From NCBI GenBank assembly GCA_051362555.1, contig CM120648.1, forward strand, positions 16,984,587-17,048,586: a stretch of 64,000 nt of DNA. The letters are read 5' to 3'. Source of the DNA: Lingula anatina (Eukaryota; Animalia; Brachiopoda). Under the pieces are notes generated by a model. That model had not been told where the DNA came from. It made no database searches and was given only the letters and a program-made list of their open reading frames with translations. Of the stretch, positions 60,734-64,000 are shown one piece after another. The stretch's first letter is position 1. Each line of letters begins with the position of its first letter. A program made the translations under genes and the position numbers.

Positions 60734-63700
60734 TTAGGTTATATGTTGTTCAGTTTGTTTGCAACGAGGACATTTATATTTATCAATATCCAAGGCATCA
60801 GTCACTGTGATATTAACACAGGACCCATGATACCATTCATCGCAAAAATCACACTGAATCATGAACCGTCCACCATATGGTTCTCTACAAACACAATATA
60901 AAGTGGTGTCAGTAGTATCATTAAGAGTGTCAGTTTGAGATTTCCTTGCATTATGCGCCTTTATCCATGCTGGAATTCTCCTATCAGTGCAGGGTTTCAA
61001 CAGATCATGGTTTAAGACGACAAGGGCATTCTTTAACTTTACTCTATACAGATATGAGCTCAGCTTAGCCTCAATGATTCCAGGTCCTTTCCATGGTGAG
61101 TGTAGCTTGCGAGATTTGCCTTTAGGTGTTGATTTGTCTAATACATAGACAAGATCCCCTTCACCATAAAGTCGGAGTAAGATCTTAAGGTCATAATCCC
61201 GCTTCATTCTCCTTGATGTAGATTGGAGTCTCTCTCTGGCTGTTGTATGAGAATGTTGTATTCTTTGCACCAGGTCAGCCACAAATTCACCATAATCCTG
61301 GTGTTGCTTACTTGTTTCATGGGGAAACATCAGATGGGCTGGGATATTAACTTCCCTCCCTAACATGAGCATATTGGGCGTGTACCCTGTGCTCCGGTTA
61401 ATGGTTGATCTTATAGCCCCTGCTATTTGTTGGATGTATTTATCCCATTCATGTTGATCCTTGCGGATGAAACAACGAACAGCATCCATGATGGTACGGT
61501 TAAACCTCTCCACCTGGCCATTAGCGGAAGGTCTATAGGGTGTAGTTCGGGATTTGTGAATGCACAAAGCACGACACATAGCAGCAAACAATTTACTTTC
61601 AAAATTTCGCCCCTGGTCCGAGAATATATTAAGTGGATATCCAAATTTAGAGAAAAAATTATCGATTGCCGCTTTAGCTGTAACCTCAGCTGTTTGTGAA
61701 GGCAAAGGCACACACTCTACCCATTTGGTGAACTGATCAACCATAACAAGGCAATACTCATGTCCGTTTGATGTTTTTGGTAGAGGTCCCATGAAATCAA
61801 TATGGACCCTTTCCATTGGGGCTCCAGCTCTGTACTCAATTAGAGGTACTCTCCCATAAGCGTCCTTTTTCTTGTTTTGGTTACAAGAGTCGCAAGTGTT
61901 AATAAAGTTTTCTACATCTTTATTGAGATTGACCCAGTAAAATTTTTCTTTCAGGCGGAATTTGGTACGGGAGATTCCTTGATGACCAGAAGTGGGTATA
62001 TCATGGTGTAGGGATAAAATTTCATTTTTTAAACTAGCTGGAATTACTAGTTTCTGGTCATCTGCTTTGATGTTCTTTTTGTAAATAACGCCATGTGAAA
62101 GAATGAAAAATTCTTTGTTAAGCCAGTAACACTTTGCAACAGGACTGCTTGCGAAGAGTTCTCCCTTTTCAGGACTTTTACCTGTTAGCAACCATTGTCG
62201 GAGATGACCTAAATCAGGGTCTTTTTCTTGTTCTTCTTTTAAGGTATCAACAGAATAACCCCAACATTGTAATGATGAATTTTGACTGGAGTCTTGAATG
62301 GGGGCAATAGATGTTAATTTGACCTCCCCTGTTGAACTTAAAATTTGTATAGAAGGCCCATGAGTTTGGTTGTGGCATTCATCCCAGTTGCTAATAAGAT
62401 TGAGTACGAGCTGTGAAATACAGTCAATTTGGGGACTTTGTCTTTCTGGGAAATTCAGACTGTCACTACCATGTGAAGCATGACTCACCACATTTACGTC
62501 AGAAGCAAGGTTAATTGCGTCATCCACGTTTTCAAAGAATTCTCCCCAATTTTTGTGGGCACGTTCACAAAACTTGCAACCGCCACAAGGGAGATCTTTG
62601 GGTTTTAGGCCGGCAATATAATTAGAACAGGGAGCTAACCGATCTGGTTTTCTAGAAAGGGTGTCGGCATTAGTATGTTTTTTACCAGACCGGTGGGTAA
62701 TGATCATGTGGTATTGAGATAACTCCTCAATCCACCTGGCTAGCTGCCCCTGTGGATCTTTGAAACGCAATAACCAAGTCAGGCTGGAATGATCTGTTCT
62801 GACAGTAAACACTCTTCCCAAAAGATAGTATTTAAATTGGCGAGTAAACCTCACAATACTCAGTAGTTCTTTTCGGGTAGTGCAGTATTTTCTTTGCTCA
62901 GGGGTCAGGACATAGCTACCATAGGCAATAACTCTTTCCCGACCATTCTGGACTTGGATTAATTCTGCACCAATTGCAACATCTGAAGCATCAGTATCCA
63001 AAATGAATGGATCTGTATCATTAGGCAAAGCTAACACAGGTGGTTCAGCTAAAGCCCTTTTTAATGCAACAAATGCTCCCTCACAGTCTGAGTCCCAGAT
63101 AAAAGGTTTGTTCCCGGTCAGTTGATACAAAGGCTGAGAGATTTCTCCAAAATTTTTGATAAAAGTGCGATGATAATTTACTAAACCCATAAACCTTTCT
63201 ACTTCTTTTGAATTTTTGGGCTTTGGCCATGACTGGACTGTTTCTATATCTTTTAAATTCATTTTCAATTCACTGTTAGAGACCACCCTCCCTAGGAATT
63301 CTACTTCTTTCTGAAAAAATAAGCACTTTCTTGCCTTTAGCTTTATCCCGTATTTTCGAAATCTCTCTAAAGCCTCTGTCAGATTAGTGACGTGATCAGC
63401 AAAAGACTTTCCCATGACCAGAATGTCATCCAGGAATGCCAGAACTGTCTTCCAAGTGAGACCCCTCATTAACAGATTGACAACCCTGGAAAATGTTGCA
63501 GGGGCATTTGTGAGCCCAAACCCCATTTTACAATGTTCAAACAGGCCATATTTTGTCACGAAAGCAGTTTTCTTTTGGTCTTCTTTTTTGATTTTAACCT
63601 GCCAATAAGCAGAGTTGGCATCAATTTTGGAGAACCAATTATTTCCTGCCAAAGTATCGAGACAATCTTCCATAAGGGGAAGAGGGAATGTGTCTTTCAC

Positions 63701-64000
63701 TGTCACATTGTTTAGTGCACGATAATCGATACACCACCGTACACTACCGTCACGTTTTCTGATCAAAACAGGAGCTGACGCCCAATCAGATGTAGATTCT
63801 TGAATAACACCAGCCTTTAACATTTTATTTAGGTGTTCTTCTTCTTCATTAACAAAACAGGCTGGTGTGCGGCGCATGCGTTGTTTGATGGGCCTTGCAT
63901 CGCCTGTATCAATTTCATGTTCAATTTCTGTAAAATTGCCAAGATCATAATCATGCTTTGCAAAAACATCTTGGTATTCTTGTAAAATTTGAAATAAAAT
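60734..64000 (-). CDS. pol: Gypsy Pol polyprotein (RT, RNase H, integrase, C-terminal PHD finger), 5'-truncated by the window
   Basis: The frame stays open to 64000 (ILFQILQEYQDVFAKH...). RT: RWCIDYRALN, MGFGLTNAPATF, AFLDDIL. RH: LDTDAS, TDHSSL. IN: HHDIPTSGH...CDSC, HIDFMGP, SDQGRNF, NGQVERFNRT. PHD: YCVCREPY...CDFCDEWYHGSC...CPRC. Confidence 0.97.
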   Translation of the reverse strand: MLFQILQEYQDVFAKHDYDLGNFTEIEHEIDTGDARPIKQRMRRTPACFVNEEEEHLNKMLKAGVIQESTSDWASAPVLIRKRDGSVRWCIDYRALNNVTVKDTFPLPLMEDCLDTLAGNNWFSKIDANSAYWQVKIKKEDQKKTAFVTKYGLFEHCKMGFGLTNAPATFSRVVNLLMRGLTWKTVLAFLDDILVMGKSFADHVTNLTEALERFRKYGIKLKARKCLFFQKEVEFLGRVVSNSELKMNLKDIETVQSWPKPKNSKEVERFMGLVNYHRTFIKNFGEISQPLYQLTGNKPFIWDSDCEGAFVALKRALAEPPVLALPNDTDPFILDTDASDVAIGAELIQVQNGRERVIAYGSYVLTPEQRKYCTTRKELLSIVRFTRQFKYYLLGRVFTVRTDHSSLTWLLRFKDPQGQLARWIEELSQYHMIITHRSGKKHTNADTLSRKPDRLAPCSNYIAGLKPKDLPCGGCKFCERAHKNWGEFFENVDDAINLASDVNVVSHASHGSDSLNFPERQSPQIDCISQLVLNLISNWDECHNQTHGPSIQILSSTGEVKLTSIAPIQDSSQNSSLQCWGYSVDTLKEEQEKDPDLGHLRQWLLTGKSPEKGELFASSPVAKCYWLNKEFFILSHGVIYKKNIKADDQKLVIPASLKNEILSLHHDIPTSGHQGISRTKFRLKEKFYWVNLNKDVENFINTCDSCNQNKKKDAYGRVPLIEYRAGAPMERVHIDFMGPLPKTSNGHEYCLVMVDQFTKWVECVPLPSQTAEVTAKAAIDNFFSKFGYPLNIFSDQGRNFESKLFAAMCRALCIHKSRTTPYRPSANGQVERFNRTIMDAVRCFIRKDQHEWDKYIQQIAGAIRSTINRSTGYTPNMLMLGREVNIPAHLMFPHETSKQHQDYGEFVADLVQRIQHSHTTARERLQSTSRRMKRDYDLKILLRLYGEGDLVYVLDKSTPKGKSRKLHSPWKGPGIIEAKLSSYLYRVKLKNALVVLNHDLLKPCTDRRIPAWIKAHNARKSQTDTLNDTTDTTLYCVCREPYGGRFMIQCDFCDEWYHGSCVNITVTDALDIDKYKCPRCKQTEQHIT

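Larger units (their letters stand above)
48862..64000 (-). mobile_element. Autonomous-looking Ty3/Gypsy LTR retrotransposon with PHD-integrase and TatD ORF3 (5' part beyond window; nested insertion at 49489-57822)
   Basis: 3' LTR 48862-49275 with PPT complement at 49276-49285. Intact pol with RT-RH-IN order and intact ORF3. Linking this LTR to the ORFs across the nested insertion is inferred from orientation and from homology with the related element. Confidence 0.85.

Noticed and set aside
59040-60901. Short ORFs antisense to or overlapping ORF3/pol
   Set aside because: Shadow frames of GC-richer coding DNA and its repeats, with no motifs.

Overview
AT-rich eukaryotic (invertebrate, probably molluscan - inferred from the repeat families and gene style) genomic DNA. 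The left ~25 kb looks like the first intron(s) of a minus-strand host gene (putative exon 1 at ~25021-25065, next coding sequence at <1-338). It is filled with a satellite-bearing Helentron-type element, MITEs, minisatellites and a 7.27-kb non-autonomous LTR element with identical LTRs. The middle holds two intact tandem SLC17/sialin-like transporter genes (10 and 11 coding exons; they differ by one precisely lost intron), with a decayed Tc1 element and many MITEs in their introns. The right ~15 kb is an apparently intact Ty3/Gypsy LTR retrotransposon on the minus strand. Its Pol ends in an H3K4me3-reader-type PHD finger, and in the env position behind a splice acceptor it carries an 851-aa ORF ending in a TatD nuclease domain with all metal-ligand motifs present. 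The non-autonomous element is a decayed relative of it (RT remnant, probable TatD remnant, ComEA-like helix-hairpin-helix at the Gag N-terminus). A second, near-identical copy of the non-autonomous element sits inside the autonomous element's 3' UTR in a permuted one-LTR configuration next to a 1.46-kb inverted duplication. This HhH-Gag / PHD-integrase / TatD retrotransposon system and its parasite is the main candidate novelty.
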